From Amphiscolops sp. MND2022 (taxonomy: Eukaryota), in the NCBI GenBank assembly GCA_964187785.1, contig OZ076409.1, forward strand, positions 54,438,001 through 54,502,000: a DNA stretch of 64,000 nt. The letters run 5' to 3'. The notes below the pieces were generated by a model. It searched no databases, was not told the origin of the DNA, and saw only the letters and a program-made list of their open reading frames with translations. Both the position numbers and the translations under genes were made by a program. How positions within the stretch are numbered: the first letter of the stretch is position 1; each line of letters begins with the position of its first letter. Below, piece after piece: positions 27,401 to 39,938 of this stretch.

Positions 27401-30400
27401 TTTCCGATCACAAAAGTTACTTCTTCATGTTCTTGCACTCTCAAGTAGGCAACCATTAAAACTGCTTCCGACAAAGCATCTGACAAGATATTTAGATCAA
27501 CTTTGTTCATACCTCACTCAAAACATGCTCTCCCAAGGACAATTTAATTCACATGAATCATCTCTGATGCCCATTTTTTGAAGTCAAGTCGATCCTCTTC
27601 GTTCCATTTTGTATCCCACGACTGTCTGTTCTCGTTCCATTTTGATTTCAGTGGCAGTCGCATTCTGATGGTGAATGAAGACACTATTCCCAGAGGGCCG
27701 AATACAGCTAAAACATGTGATAAAACCGCTCTCTGCGTAATCTTCATCGGTGACTCTTTTTGCGTGCCTCTACTGACTTCCAGGCTGTCTACGTCATCAG
27801 TCCATTGCAGTTCCAATATTGATGGTGAAGTTGATTTGGCTTCGAAAGTGTAACTCGAGGACAGTGACTTGTCTGCTGGGTCCACAGTCGTCATAGTCTT
27901 CTCGCAGTTGCTAATTAATTTTGTTAACTGAAAACTTCCATTGGGCAGCACCGCTCGCAACGATTTGTCTATGTCAATTGCCTGCTCGGCACTGGTAACC
28001 AGACTTGTCAGAATCATCCATGTAGAAGTTTTGCGTTAATAATTCAGCAATTTGTGGAGACTTTTGTGCGTTAACTTTTGCGACATGTTGCAGAGCATAG
28101 TTAGCACAAGTAGACGAACTTTTTGCTCCAAAGATGTGTCTTCCATACTCATACAGTTTAACAAGGTTGTCTTAATACAGAACTTGGATTGTCTCGCGAA
28201 AGGAATCGTGACACTTTACAATCTTCTGGAGGTACTGTTGGAACATTGGCTCAAGGTCTGCGGTAATGGCGATCTCTTGTTCTCTAAACCTGAAGATTAT
28301 TCCAAGCACATTCTGCAATAAGACATTTACCTTGACGGAGTCTCTATAGAGCTTCTTCAACTCCGGTTTTGCATGTCTATACTAAGCCAAGGATTTCATC
28401 TGACTCAATGAAGAAGAGTAATTACTCGGCAGGAAGGGGTCATTTCTTTCCCAGAAAAGCCCAACTTCGCATATTTCCCTATCAATTTTTGTAGTTTGCT
28501 CCTGCAACTGCAAAGCTTTCTCATCTTCCGTAAACCTTTCAGACATATTGCAGCCAGATGCATATGATTCAATGTCCAACTAAGTTTTCATCTGTTCTGC
28601 CAGCGCGTCATCTTCAGAAGCTGTTACGCAAGATGCAGTCTCATGCACAGCTTCTTGTTTAGGAAGTGGTCCGCGGAGGGTCCATCCAAGTCCGTTTTCA
28701 CTGTCCACGGCTCGTCATTCGTGCAGCTTTAACATTCTTGGGTCCGATGTATATGGTAGCAGTTTTGTCCCAATATAATTTTTAAATCTTTGAGCTTCAA
28801 AGTTCCTTTGTCTAGTATCGACAAATGAGGATAGGTATGTTTGAGTTTTCGGTAGTTGTAGATCTTTCTTCAGGCGTCTGTGTTTGGATGAAGGTAGACA
28901 GTCAGGTGGTGAGTATCGCTCTTTGTCTTGCCACGGATTCCCACGGTGAATCATTCGCATTTCACATCATTTGTCCCATGTATTCCAGCCACACTTAAAT
29001 CATTTTCTTCACCTTGAATTTTTACCTTGTCAGCCAGAGTCGCACAACGCCAAGGTTGATTCTTGATTCTTTCCAATTTGGATGAAGTCAGGAATAACTG
29101 GCATCATTCCACGGCTCTCCAGTGAACAAAATGCTGAATTCAACTCTGCTTTCTGTTTTGCGTTTTCCGCTACACTTTATTCCCGCCGTCCATTTGCCTC
29201 GCGATGTAGCAATTGATGGTGCCGCCTGCTGCAACCTTGGACCCCACACGCTTGATTTGTGCAATTTTTCATCACCTGCTTCCCAGCCAAACAACCAAAG
29301 CAGAAATACAACTCTTTGGCCTTCTCATTCCGGGCTTGACATATCATCTTTAACAACTTCTCGCATTTCCAAACAGGATCTTCCAAGGAAGTTAATGCAT
29401 CCTGATATCGGCAGAATCTATTGCCTTTACAATCCATCCATTCTAGTTGTTACTTGGCTTTCAAAAGCGCAATATTCGCGGCGATGAGTTACGCCCATGT
29501 GGTCAGTAGGTTCTGTCGGTTTGGCAGAAAGCCTGCAAGATTATCATTCGTCACGTTTTCTTTGCGCAGCTCAGCATGTACAACATCCACTTTTGTCTCA
29601 AAGTTTTGAATTGCTTTCATGTTGTTCTCCGATTGTGGCTCGTCCATAAAACTCTTCAAATAGTTGTCAATTGTTTTTGTAATCGATTCGTTTAGGATCA
29701 GCCATTTTCGAAGTAGCCACAGAACGCAGAATACACTAACTCAGAGAGTCCAAACTTTCCACTGCGAATACGATTCCAAAGAAGCAGATGAAGTAGCCCA
29801 AAACCCCTGAGCACACTATATACCCAAGAGCCCAGTATGTCCACTTCGTATACAAACTTCCAGTGTCTGCAGGAGTAGCCCAAGCACCAGAAAACACTGT
29901 ACGCCCAGGAACGCCCAGTTGAGACCACTTTGAGCACACACAGTTTTGTATAATTCACCAACAGTAGTTAAACAACGGTGGTTCACTGTACACGTTCGCT
30001 TGTTCGAATGTGCGTTTCTGACTGTCTACCAGTTAGATGATCATCCAGTTGTCCACCGAATTGATGATATCCGTCCAATTGATAATGTCCATCCGGCGGG
30101 CCAAATGTAACGGCTGCTTGAACCCTTTACTTGACCAAACTTTACTCCGTCCTGAATTCGGTGCTCCGTACTGCGGATCGTTACCAACACTGCTTGCTTC
30201 CTGGATATAAAGGACTGTATCTTGACTTAGTGGGACCAATGATCTCGAATTGCACTTCTTCTTCGTTTCTTAACATGTCCAACTCTCCACAAGTTGAGAG
30301 TAACTAACTTAGTCGCCCTTAGTCTTTTGCGAAATGTCAAAAAGAGGTGAAGATATTAAATGAGAATGAGAATTTATGTGGTCTTAAGACCCCACTTGAC

Positions 30401-30990
30401 AATAGCTATTCAGTCGTTAAAATCTCTATCTAGTATTGGTGTATATCTGGCGTACAATTCCACAGTAAATAAAGAGCAAATATAAGTAAGTTTAAATAAA
30501 TGACATTTAAGTGTAATATGAAATTATTGGTATGTAAACAAAGTATGTGGTGGAATTGGCATGATTTTAAAGAGGGTTGGAAAGTATGTTTACGCAGTGT
30601 AAATATCCCCAATACCAATAGCATTACATTTTCTTCAAGATCATATGAAAAAATCAGATAAAAATTTATGTATCAAAAATGGGTTTTCTTGGGGTCCGAC
30701 CAATGTCTCTTTGGGCGTTAATTTCTCTGGACCCAGGAGAGATACGAGTTCGGGTGCTTCGAGTAAGAAGTTGTGTTAACACCTCTAATGTGTACGTGCC
30801 AAGTTTGGTAGTGATTGGATAAGCGCTTCTCCAAAAAAGGGGAGTGGTCCTTTTTTACATGTAGCCGTTTTGCTAAACGTGGTAATTTTCAACTGAAATC
30901 TGGACTACGTTTCAGAGTGTTTCGAGTTTTAAAATTCACGAGTCACGTTCAAATTTCACTCTGCCGTCTTGCAATTGACTGGCGCGAACA
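24413..30990 (-). mobile_element. Decayed BEL/Pao LTR retrotransposon with three LTR copies
   Basis: LTRs begin TGTAACGG at 24413 (partial), 25025 (to 25851) and 30106 (to 30990). TSD ATCCG at 24408-24412 and 30991-30995. BEL-type coding remnants lie between them. Confidence 0.9.
25797..29700 (-). pseudogene. BEL/Pao gag-pol remnant with many stops and frameshifts
   Basis: Gag CFGC and CGVQGCSRRHHQLLH; RT-region FRFREQEIAITADLEPMFQQ; Pao TQRAVLSHVLAVFGPLG; integrase PHLGGIWKRLVRSYK and VEQTLNARP; C-terminal DGSVR...KRSVIKL. Confidence 0.88.
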
Positions 30991-31899
30991 ATCCGGATGT
31001 TTACTTGTTGAGTCGCAAATAAAGGCTTGCTTGCAAGTAGAAATTCCAAGGCAGCAGGGCCAATTTGTATGCCCTAGCTTTCCAAATTTCAGATTGGGGT
31101 TCGAATTCCGCCCGATATAAAAGATGTTTGGTGTTTCTAAAAGTAGTAAAAATGTAAAGAGTTTAGAGAACTTTCAAAAACCAATTGCAAATCTTGAAAT
31201 ACATTTGCTATTATTTGTAAACTGTGTGCTCTCCGAAGTGTCTGCATACTATACCACTGGGGTCTGGAATCATTCTATTGTAATGCTCAATACCACATAG
31301 CTTCAATCAAATAAGGTGTAAAAAATCAAACCAACCTAACCCTGGGCGCAAACAACACTTTCCCCATAGGCTTGAAAAACTTCCAAAGGATGAAAACAGG
31401 CATATTCCATCTAGTTCATTCACACAGCTTCTTTTTCTTTCAAAAACTTAACCACACTGTGTCTACTGAACCCATTTTTGCCGTCATTTTTGGAGCAGAT
31501 CTCCAGTGACGAAACATCGTGGATCTACTAACCCAACTAGTACTTCTCCGAACCAACTGCGAAGACAGCGTATGTTCGTGAGTGAAGCCGAAAAAAACTG
31601 ATGTTACTCCGAAACCTATATTGCATGCCTAAACTTCGTGCTACATTTTGTAGATAGCAAAAATTTGACGCGCGCAAAGACAATTTAAGTCAAAAATGAA
31701 ATGAAACAGAGAAAAAGTGAAACTGCTTACAATCAGAAATTTACTTTTCTGTTCCGCTACTCGGAAAAATTTTGTTTCCGCTTCCTAATTATGTTAAGAA
31801 GTCAACTATATCAGTATCGTTAGTTTTAATTTAGGTACGGAATTGATCGGAAAAGTCCTTACCTTTTAAAAAATTGTTTCACAAAGCCGAAAAAATTTC

Positions 31900-31940
31900 T
31901 GGCTGAAGCAGGGACTCGAACCCGCGACCGCTGGGTTCTC
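31900..31940 (-). other. tRNA-derived fragment (T-arm/B-box), probably SINE or pseudo-tRNA
   Basis: Minus strand GGTCGCGGGTTCGAGTCCCTGC resembles a tRNA 3' half; no 5' half or cloverleaf is visible. Confidence 0.45.
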
Positions 31941-32359
31941 CCTAATCTGATTGGTAGAAGTTATTAACCTCAGGGTCGTTATTAAAAGACCCCTATTGTA
32001 CTTGTCACTTCGTGTCAATCTTCACTTCAAGCAAGAATTGCACTTGCAAATATGCTGAATGTGACCTCTCGTCCGAATTTGTACAACATTTCAGACCCGC
32101 TAAAAAATCATTTTTACGACGGTCAATCAATCAGGGTGGTGAGAATATAGATAGGGTTGATGGATTTTCACACATCAGGGGAGATCAGAGTGACAAGGTG
32201 GTCAGTAGTTTCAACATGAAAGACAACTGGAAGTCTTTGAAGTCTTATCCCATCGTTACTTGAATTTGGTTGTACAAGATTTCTATTTCAAATGATAGAC
32301 AAAAATTGAAAAATTTGGAGCGCCTAGTTGACCGAGATACTGATTATTAGAAAAAGTGA

Positions 32360-32921
32360 TGTAAGGGCTAACGTCCGAATGTTCTCTCAGATCACAAGCG
32401 GACCTCGAGTCCCTCTTTGTCATTCTTGTATTCATGTTCTCCCATGCGCTTCTGGTTCCATCCTCATTTAAGGACGTACCCGGCTCAACGCCATGTTGAC
32501 CCAAAGGCAAATTTTCTACCATATTTTGTATTTCCGGGATAACTCTCTCACTTATAGCAGAACTAATGGCCCTGGTAATCTGTGATTGCATTAGGTCCAT
32601 CATAGCCTCCATCTCGCGCGACATCCTAGCGTTCATTTCCACAGATAGTGTATTGATAGACTCTATCAGTCTACTTTCCCCAACTGGTTCATTTCTACCA
32701 TCGATGTTTCTGATCTCATTTTCTTGAGATGAATTTTCTCTGTTCGGAAAGGACTGAAAGTCTCGTTGTCCCTCAGGGACGTTAATCAAGCTATCAAGTT
32801 CTCTTTCTATAGAGTTGGAACTTCTGCCACCTAGCATTACGTCCATGTTGCCGTAGTCTGACAACATATCTAATTCTCTAGATTTTCTAGACTTGGCCTT
32901 TTGTCTCCTCGTAGAAGGCAT
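32360..32921 (-). other. Intact copy of the Gag N-terminal coding segment in the 3' LTR
   Basis: ORF 32283-32969: MPSTRRQKAK...SDVSPY runs to the LTR end and then into flanking DNA. Confidence 0.8.
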
Positions 32922-33987
32922 TGAAAATGTTATTCCAGGAGAAAACATTTGAATTGTTCCTGGGGACAAATACTTCTATTTTCAGATTAATCAAGATGAG
33001 CGTAGTGTATCAGGTAGCTGCAAAATTATGATTAACCTTTGTCAGGCCGACTTGGGTATATATACCCCAGAGGGCATGACAGGCAAAATTGTAACGGTCA
33101 TGATACTAAAAATAGCAACGCAAACTAAAAATAGATACGTCAGCACTATAAATAGTAACATGACATCATTTTAGACTTGTGCGGGCGGCTAGATCAAAGG
33201 GCCCGACAAGTCTCATCCGCATATGGGTCAAATTGTTTACAAGTATAATTCATGCAAGCAACAGTTTACATGCACAACAATTCATGAAGGCCCTGTTCGG
33301 CGTATGGCCGTTGGGGTTTTCTAATTCAGTCCCATCATAATATGAGAGAGCAACAATTACATGTTAACAGTGTATATGTCTGTTTATTGCATGGGGTGGG
33401 TTATTTGCATCTTCAAGCCACTAATTAACTGGAATACCAATTTCATATGGCAAGTATACAGCATTTGAGTATTCATCGTGCTAACCGGCCATGACAGGCC
33501 TTATTTACTGCATAGCACCAAGACAATTAATACAGTGAATTGGGACAGCTATGTCACATAGCCGCTTTCGTCCTTTTTGTAATTACTGAATACCAATCAA
33601 GTATAGCATTAGAGCACAATAAGGCCGGCAAAGTTAGTTGGCCGCCTTGGTCCATTCTAAATAGTCATTAGCACAGTTACGTAATAAGTAATAAGATGGC
33701 TATTACAAACTGCACTCTGATTGGCCAATTGACCGTAGACGGCATAGCTAGCCATACTGAGCAGGCAAACATTTGAACACGTTTCCTTTCTGCCTGTCAG
33801 TATGGCTTGCTGTCAAATGTATTTTACATAAGAAATAACAATATAATCCATCAATTAATATTACATGTTCAAAATAATACTGAATGTTTGAAAGTTTTGG
33901 TTTATAATGGGAGCGTCCCAGGTAGGGCGATTGGCTTCGTATGGTCAATCGTGTAAATGTTGCCATCGCAGGCGGCAGCCTGCGACA
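32360..33987 (-). repeat. 3' LTR of the Gypsy element (1628 bp)
   Basis: Starts TGTAAGGG and ends GCGACA on +. Matches 46498-48122 apart from about 10 substitutions and two small indels counted by eye. Confidence 0.96.
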
Positions 33988-34732
33988 CTCCCCCTGGTAG
34001 CAATAAGAAAGTGCCCACTTGCATTCCTTCCAAAAAGGCTCTTTTGCGCGCTTCTAGTTGATCTGCCGATTCTCCCAAAATGGCCGTCTTGCGCAAGTAG
34101 TCTGTGACAGCTTCACTCTGGATTTGTAATGTAGATTTCCCACATATCACGCAATCTGAGTAATTTGCCATAGGATTGTTCGTCTCAATCTCCATTCCTT
34201 GGAAATGGTTTGCAACTGCGTCCAATGACTGCTGGGTAATCTCGTCCGCTGAGTAGGTGTCGTAAGTTGGTCCTTTCTCTTCTGGTGGGGGCGACATGGG
34301 AGTGTCCACCATGGGAATGATTTCCCTACACAGCTTGATAGGGTGATTATTGCGCACTCGGTCGTCTCGCCGTATTGGGCCGTTTCCTTTTCCTAATGAG
34401 AAAAAGGATTGGTCAAGAGTAGGCCTTGTTGCAAAACTCGCCCCGGAGGTCCCGTACCTTGGTGGGTTATATCGGGGGGCCTCGTTTCTAATTTTCAGCG
34501 ATGTGGATGGACCAGGCACTGGGATGGGTGATGATAATTCCATCTCGACACACTGGGCCATCATCATGATTTCGTCATCTATTTCTTCTTCGTCCTCCGA
34601 TGACAGTTGAAGGTCTAGCACCGAAGTCATGCTTAGGTCACACATTCCCTCCTCTTCGTCGCTGGACAGGCAGATGATATCTATGCCCTCGGGCGCTGCG
34701 CCGATGAAGTCTTCAGGAAATCGTTGAGCCAT
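33902..34732 (-). CDS. Accessory ORF3, 276 aa, acidic N-terminus with SIM-like motifs and a CxxC; unknown function
   Basis: ATG-initiated open frame inside the element. Motifs IDIICLSSDEEE, VLDLQLSSEDEEE and CVICGK. Reads through the PPT and ends 86 nt inside the 3' LTR. Confidence 0.75.
   Translation of the reverse strand: MAQRFPEDFIGAAPEGIDIICLSSDEEEGMCDLSMTSVLDLQLSSEDEEEIDDEIMMMAQCVEMELSSPIPVPGPSTSLKIRNEAPRYNPPRYGTSGASFATRPTLDQSFFSLGKGNGPIRRDDRVRNNHPIKLCREIIPMVDTPMSPPPEEKGPTYDTYSADEITQQSLDAVANHFQGMEIETNNPMANYSDCVICGKSTLQIQSEAVTDYLRKTAILGESADQLEARKRAFLEGMQVGTFLLLPGGVSQAAACDGNIYTIDHTKPIALPGTLPL
33988..33995 (-). other. Polypurine tract (AGGGGGAG)
   Basis: Purine run directly upstream of the TG of the 3' LTR on the minus strand. 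Confidence 0.88.
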
Positions 34733-35079
34733 AAATCTATCTTTTATTATCTTTTTTGCAATTTTGAATGCGATAGGACAATTTTAATTCGGTTTGAGTA
34801 GAGCAACTGTTTAGTTTGAAAGTTAGGAAGCAAATGGCGATTTTCATTTTTCAATTTCTCGATGGTTTTGCTTCACATTTTCCCGGTCTTTCGTTTCCCG
34901 CATCATGTTTCGCTGACTAAACTTTCCAAGATGTTCTTTGATATAGACCGCCTTCTGCTTTGTTGACCGACGATCAACTTCAGCTTGCCTAAGTCGGCAA
35001 AGAACCTTCAAGGACTTCGTCTAGTGTTTATCTCCACTTGATATCCACTTGAGAATTTCAAGAGAGGGTGATGAAGTTT

Positions 35080-35155
35080 TAAGGCCACGCGCGGCGCATC
35101 GCCGCGACAGCCAATGGGAATCGCCCACTCAGTCCGCTTTTCAATATGGCGGAAT
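35080..35155. promoter_or_regulatory. Putative internal bidirectional promoter core
   Basis: CpG-rich patch (GGCCACGCGCGGCGCATCGCCGCG), CCAAT box and YY1-like AATATGGCGG between the divergent 5' ends of ORF3 and the antisense gene. Confidence 0.5.
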
Positions 35156-35892
35156 TAAAAAGAATAATCCAAATAAGGAAATAATAAAATAACTAAAAAT
35201 AATGAAATAACTAAGGTAATAAAATAATGAAAATGCATGTTTCGAAATATAACTAATGTGGATTTCTCTGGCAGATTCCATCCACAAAATAATTCTCATA
35301 ATTGTAAAAATATTTGACATCAAATCCAGTTTGCCACGAACTCCAACTTTGCTACTGCAATCGCAATCATTTTCAATTCTTCAATTGTCAATTCGTTACA
35401 TTACTTACATTCGTATTTATCCATTGTTTATTTAGTACAGAGTCATTGTTTGAATTTTATACTGCCTCTCATCCCCTCATTCAGGATCGTTGTCCAGCTG
35501 CCGGACTCGTCCAGATCTTCCTTTTCGTCGTCATCAAGACCTACTCCTCCCTCTTCACTGCCAAAGATTTGCCCAATCAGGACATTCGGTTCCTCAGGAT
35601 CTTCTAGCCTGGTTTGCAGTACAATTTCAATACGTCAAAGATCTTCACGTCATACTCCTTCAGCTCCCAATTGGCCAACAACTGCAGGTAAGCTATCTGG
35701 TCTTTTAATTTTTGAACGGAAATAAGCTTGATCAAGGCTTTTCATCTCGTTCATGCACTTCCTGTCCATTTTCGTCGATGCAATTTAAACGTCATGTTTT
35801 ATTCCTTTTCACTTCCGGAAGATTTTACTGCGGTTTGGATGGACTCATATTCAGGAAGTTGTCCGCATGTATTTATCTCTTTTCATTTAGGT

Positions 35893-38800
35893 ATGACAAC
35901 AGAGGAAAATTCGCCAGAACCCACTACCGCTCCAGTTGTCGGGAACGATGAAACTGAGACTCCAGAGACCGTTGAGTTACCAGGCCTTATCAGGCCTTCT
36001 CCCCAAGTGTCCGAAGGCAGCAGGTCTACTGAAGAAAGTGTGACCGCATTTATTGAAAGGACCCTTGACGTAATGTCTCAACCCGAGGCTGAGATCATAG
36101 GTCCACTGCAAAGTCAGCCAGGTGTTACTGCCCGGATGGTCACTGTCAGCATCCCCTTTCTAAAAGCCTCTGTGTCGGAGCCCATTGCTGTGAGGAATGA
36201 TCTGACAAACATTGAGACAGGGGCCGGCAGTAACAAAGAAACTGAATCTACAGAGGAAGTACCAGGACTATATGGCGACACCACAGATGTGGAAGATTTT
36301 ATGGACAGCTCTGGCGTTGCCGTTTACCCACCAGTCGCTCCGAATGTCATTTTGGATTCTACTACTTTCCCTGATCTAGAAGAGGGATTCCATGAAGACT
36401 CAGGGCACAGTGATTCCGAACAGGAGCAGTATCGAGCCAAATTAGACGGCGCCGATAGGCAACTTTCCGCAAAGGGCAAACTAGTCATCAAGAAGTATTT
36501 TCAGGACACTCGCAACATTGAACTACCCAGAGATCAACCAGTCATCGCTCTTACCGCAGATGAGATGCACGCTGTCCTGAGGACCGTTTCCGACGAATCT
36601 GTACTTTCGTCCTACCACATGATGAAGTCTTTGTTGCTTCATGCTACTCGGGGAGCTCCCCAGGATAAGAAAAGGCCTATGCCCAAACGGTGTGCAACTC
36701 CTGCACGGCCGTTCACTGACAGTTCAGGAGATGAGAGTAAATTTGAGGGACACGTCTCAGATGGTTACACTAGTGGAGCCTTCAATACAGATGAAGATCC
36801 TTACCAGTTGGGGTCCAGTTCTGGCACAGATTGCCTGAGTGAATCTGATCCTTTGTCTTCGACTCCAAGGGCCCGGAAAGTCCACGCCACCATCACGTCC
36901 CGGGTAGATACTGCAACGCCAAACTCTGGAAGCGGGTATAGCAGTGCTGATTACCAGCCACTCTCGTCGCTTGGACGGATACCCGAGCAAGAAACTCAGG
37001 ACAGGAGCCCAGCCCGGAAAAGACGCAAGTTGCTCAGCAAACCTGGGAAGGTGATGAAAGATGCCTATTTTAAGGGCATCCAATGGACCCGTATCTTCGT
37101 ATCTGGCCCCGTCGATCCCGTCCACAATAAATTCAAGTTTTACTGCATGCTATGTAAAACTAATGTCTCTATTTTCTCAAAGGGTGCCAGGGAGATCCTA
37201 AGACACTATAAGACAGAAGGACATCTCCGGAAAGATCAAAAGTGGAGGTTCACCCATCTGCAAGAGGCTGATGAAGTTACTGGGGTTGTTACGCACTATG
37301 TCAGAGGGAAAGATGGTTACGTCCTTACTCCAATTGAGCTGGAGCGAGAAAAGCCATTATTCATTGATGCCCCCCTGATCGAGGCAGGTGATCGTTTCCC
37401 GTTCTACGATGACTACATGGCTAGTATTGGAGGACTAACCAGCCCTGATGACCTTCGGACCAGTACCTTAATCTCATTGATTGGGACTTTCGTACCGCAA
37501 GATGGCAATATTTCCCTGTTGCGAAACTTATGGACTCGAGTGGGCATGTTCACCAACCACCAAGCCTTGTTTTCCTCATTCGATTGGGGACCTGCAACTC
37601 TTACTGTAAGTAGAATCTTCATCTATAGAATTAATTGTAAGACCCAATGTGGCCTCCGGCTAAGACGTCCCTTTTGTACATTTGTGTTTTGTTTTAGAAC
37701 GTCTTCCATCACGTTTTCATGAGAGGTCTCGCAGATATCTCCAGTCACATCATGGCTACTGAGATGTACTCGATTGAGTTCACGACAGAGGGCATCCACC
37801 GGTGCATGTCTGTCCGTTTCTGGAGAGATGACTCACTCGTTCGGGTTGAACTTCATCGGCACAATCAAGCTGACCCTTATCCGTGCTGTTACTTAACAGC
37901 TATCTCATGTCTGCTGTTAGTTGTGTCCTCAAAGCCCAATCTTGTCAGTGTTTCCGGATGTTCTTCCATGGTCTTCAGAGCTTTAGAGACATGTGGGCTG
38001 TTCAACCGCGGGATTCAGTACCCGTTCCGCTTCGAGGTTTTCTCCCTTCCCGAGTTAATGCAGCCCACAGCACTACTGCAGACTGGTTACATCTTTGGTC
38101 GAATTGACATTTTCTCCCAACTGAAGATCCTAGTTGTCTACCTCCGAGGCGGGCTCAGTCAATCTTGGGCTCTACAGAGTCCTGAACTTTGCAAGGTGAT
38201 TTATTTTCCAACATAATTTTTCATTAGACGTTGACCTGGTGACCTGGTGTCGATACTCTTTCCTGGTCACTTTCATAATAGTAAAAGCAGTTCTCCTTAT
38301 TTGATTGTGTTCCGTAGGCCATAACAGCATGTGATGTGGAACTCAAGAAGATCCCTGCCGTTTGTTCCGAGCTCGTTAGAAGCTGGAAAGCTATCAAGGA
38401 CTACCTGACCAGTATAGCCCCAACCCAGAAGATGCAAGGAGCTAAGAATAAGGTAGCTATTAGCCGTTTTCTAGTTGATCAGCATTGGTAACTACACCAC
38501 ACTGTAATCTTGGAAGATGTAATCCTTATGAGGTAAATTTCCTTTTAAGCCTCAGAGCCTGGAATGGGAGATTATTCTAGATGACTTCTTCACCATCAAG
38601 CTTGAATTCCTCTCCTTGCTGGTCCGCGATTGTTAGTTTTTCTTCATTTTTATTTGAACCGCCAGCGTAGTTGACCTACCGGCTCATGTGCCGATCACGG
38701 CCTTAAGCATAACCACAATTGTGATGAGGTGGGGGATTTGGTGGATTCTGGTGATTTGCATCTGACTCTAAATTTGTTTAGATGCCAAGTGTTTCGAACG

Positions 38801-39938
38801 AAGTCTCTCTGGACGGCGGGATGCAACCCTCTTCGTTTATGGCCAATATTGCAGATTCATCCGCCGGTTGTGCCACCGCGCCATCTTGCCCAAATGTATC
38901 CCAAGCGATACAGACTGGAATGGTCTCTTGCAATTGTGCCCTGACGATCTGAGACAATTATCAATCCGTGATTTCTTGCATCGCCTCAAACTCACATGTG
39001 ACCTTGATCTGGTTTGTCAAGCAAAACTGGAGAAATCTAGGGGATCAAATCTTGTACCCGCTAATCAGGCTGAGTTGGTCTCCAAGGAGAAGGAGAATTT
39101 TGGGACTGAAGCCCGGGCATATATAGTCACTCTGTTGGAGTCTTTGCTTCGGGATATTCACTTCACCGCGAATATTGTCCGCGGTATGGGTAGCTTCGAT
39201 CCCCATGTGTTATTGACATTACCTCTTGAGCAAGTATCCTTTTGCTTCAACGCTTTGTATGACAGCTTTCGACTTCGCGGCTGGGTGGACGAATCCTCCC
39301 GCAATGACTGTCGGGATGAATATTTCGAGTTTCTGGACTACTTTCGCAAATGTTACCCTTCCATTAAGTCTTCCCCAGGGACTATTGCTCACGTGTTACA
39401 TCTCCTTATTCCAATTACTGAGTTCCGAAGTCGTGCTAGGCTTTTTCGCTTGTTTCAGTTGTGCTGCCTTTGCATAACTGAGGGACATCAAACCCTTCCT
39501 GCCGTTAAATTCCAGGATGTCGATACCTCCAATTCCCGATGCCGTCTTTCTGCGGTAATACTGCCCGCCCAATCCTACTTGACAAATTGCCCAAGTGCGA
39601 TTTCCGTTTGTACCACTGAAGCCGCTCTAGCTAACTACAAGGAATTGGAGGGACAATTTAGTTCCGGACAGCTTGCTGGAGACCCTTGGGTTCACGTCGA
39701 CGTCTTTGGGCAGGCGAATTTCCTGAAGACCCTTACTGCTGCCTTCAAGAATTTGAAAGGAACTCCCGTGGTTGGCGTTAGCACGGCTTCACGTTCGTCC
39801 TCTGTCTCAACTTCTGCTGGGCGAAAGATAAATTGGGCTGCTGGGCAAGCTCAAAAATTGGCCTATTTTGGCGACATTCCTGCTAGTGAGATCTCAAAGA
39901 CAGTCCAAGAATTGCGAGAAGGAAGCTCTAAAAGTTAA
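35893..39938 (+). CDS. Antisense spliced cargo gene: ~1192-1194-aa protein with BED-type zinc finger and degenerate hAT-transposase-like body
   Basis: Coding exons 35893-37605, 37698-38195, 38318-38452, 38550 (or 38556)-38631 and 38782-39938. All introns are GT-AG with compatible phases (0,0,0,1) and give one stop-free frame. Probable 5' UTR intron 35688-35890. C-x2-C-x16-H-x5-H finger (FYCMLC...RHYKTEGH), basic NLS PARKRRK, AATAAA at 40085-40090. hAT assignment is from motif resemblance only. Confidence 0.8.

Noticed and set aside
31900..31940. Functional tRNA gene
   Set aside because: Only a T-arm/B-box-like half is present; a similar isolated B-box lies near 220-238.
33902..34732. ORF3 as an env gene
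   Set aside because: No signal peptide, furin site or transmembrane helix; too short and acidic.
35728..35892. First 55 aa of the 664-aa ORF
   Set aside because: Lies within a probable intron (donor 35688, acceptor 35890) and starts at a non-ATG codon; the real start is likely ATG 35893.
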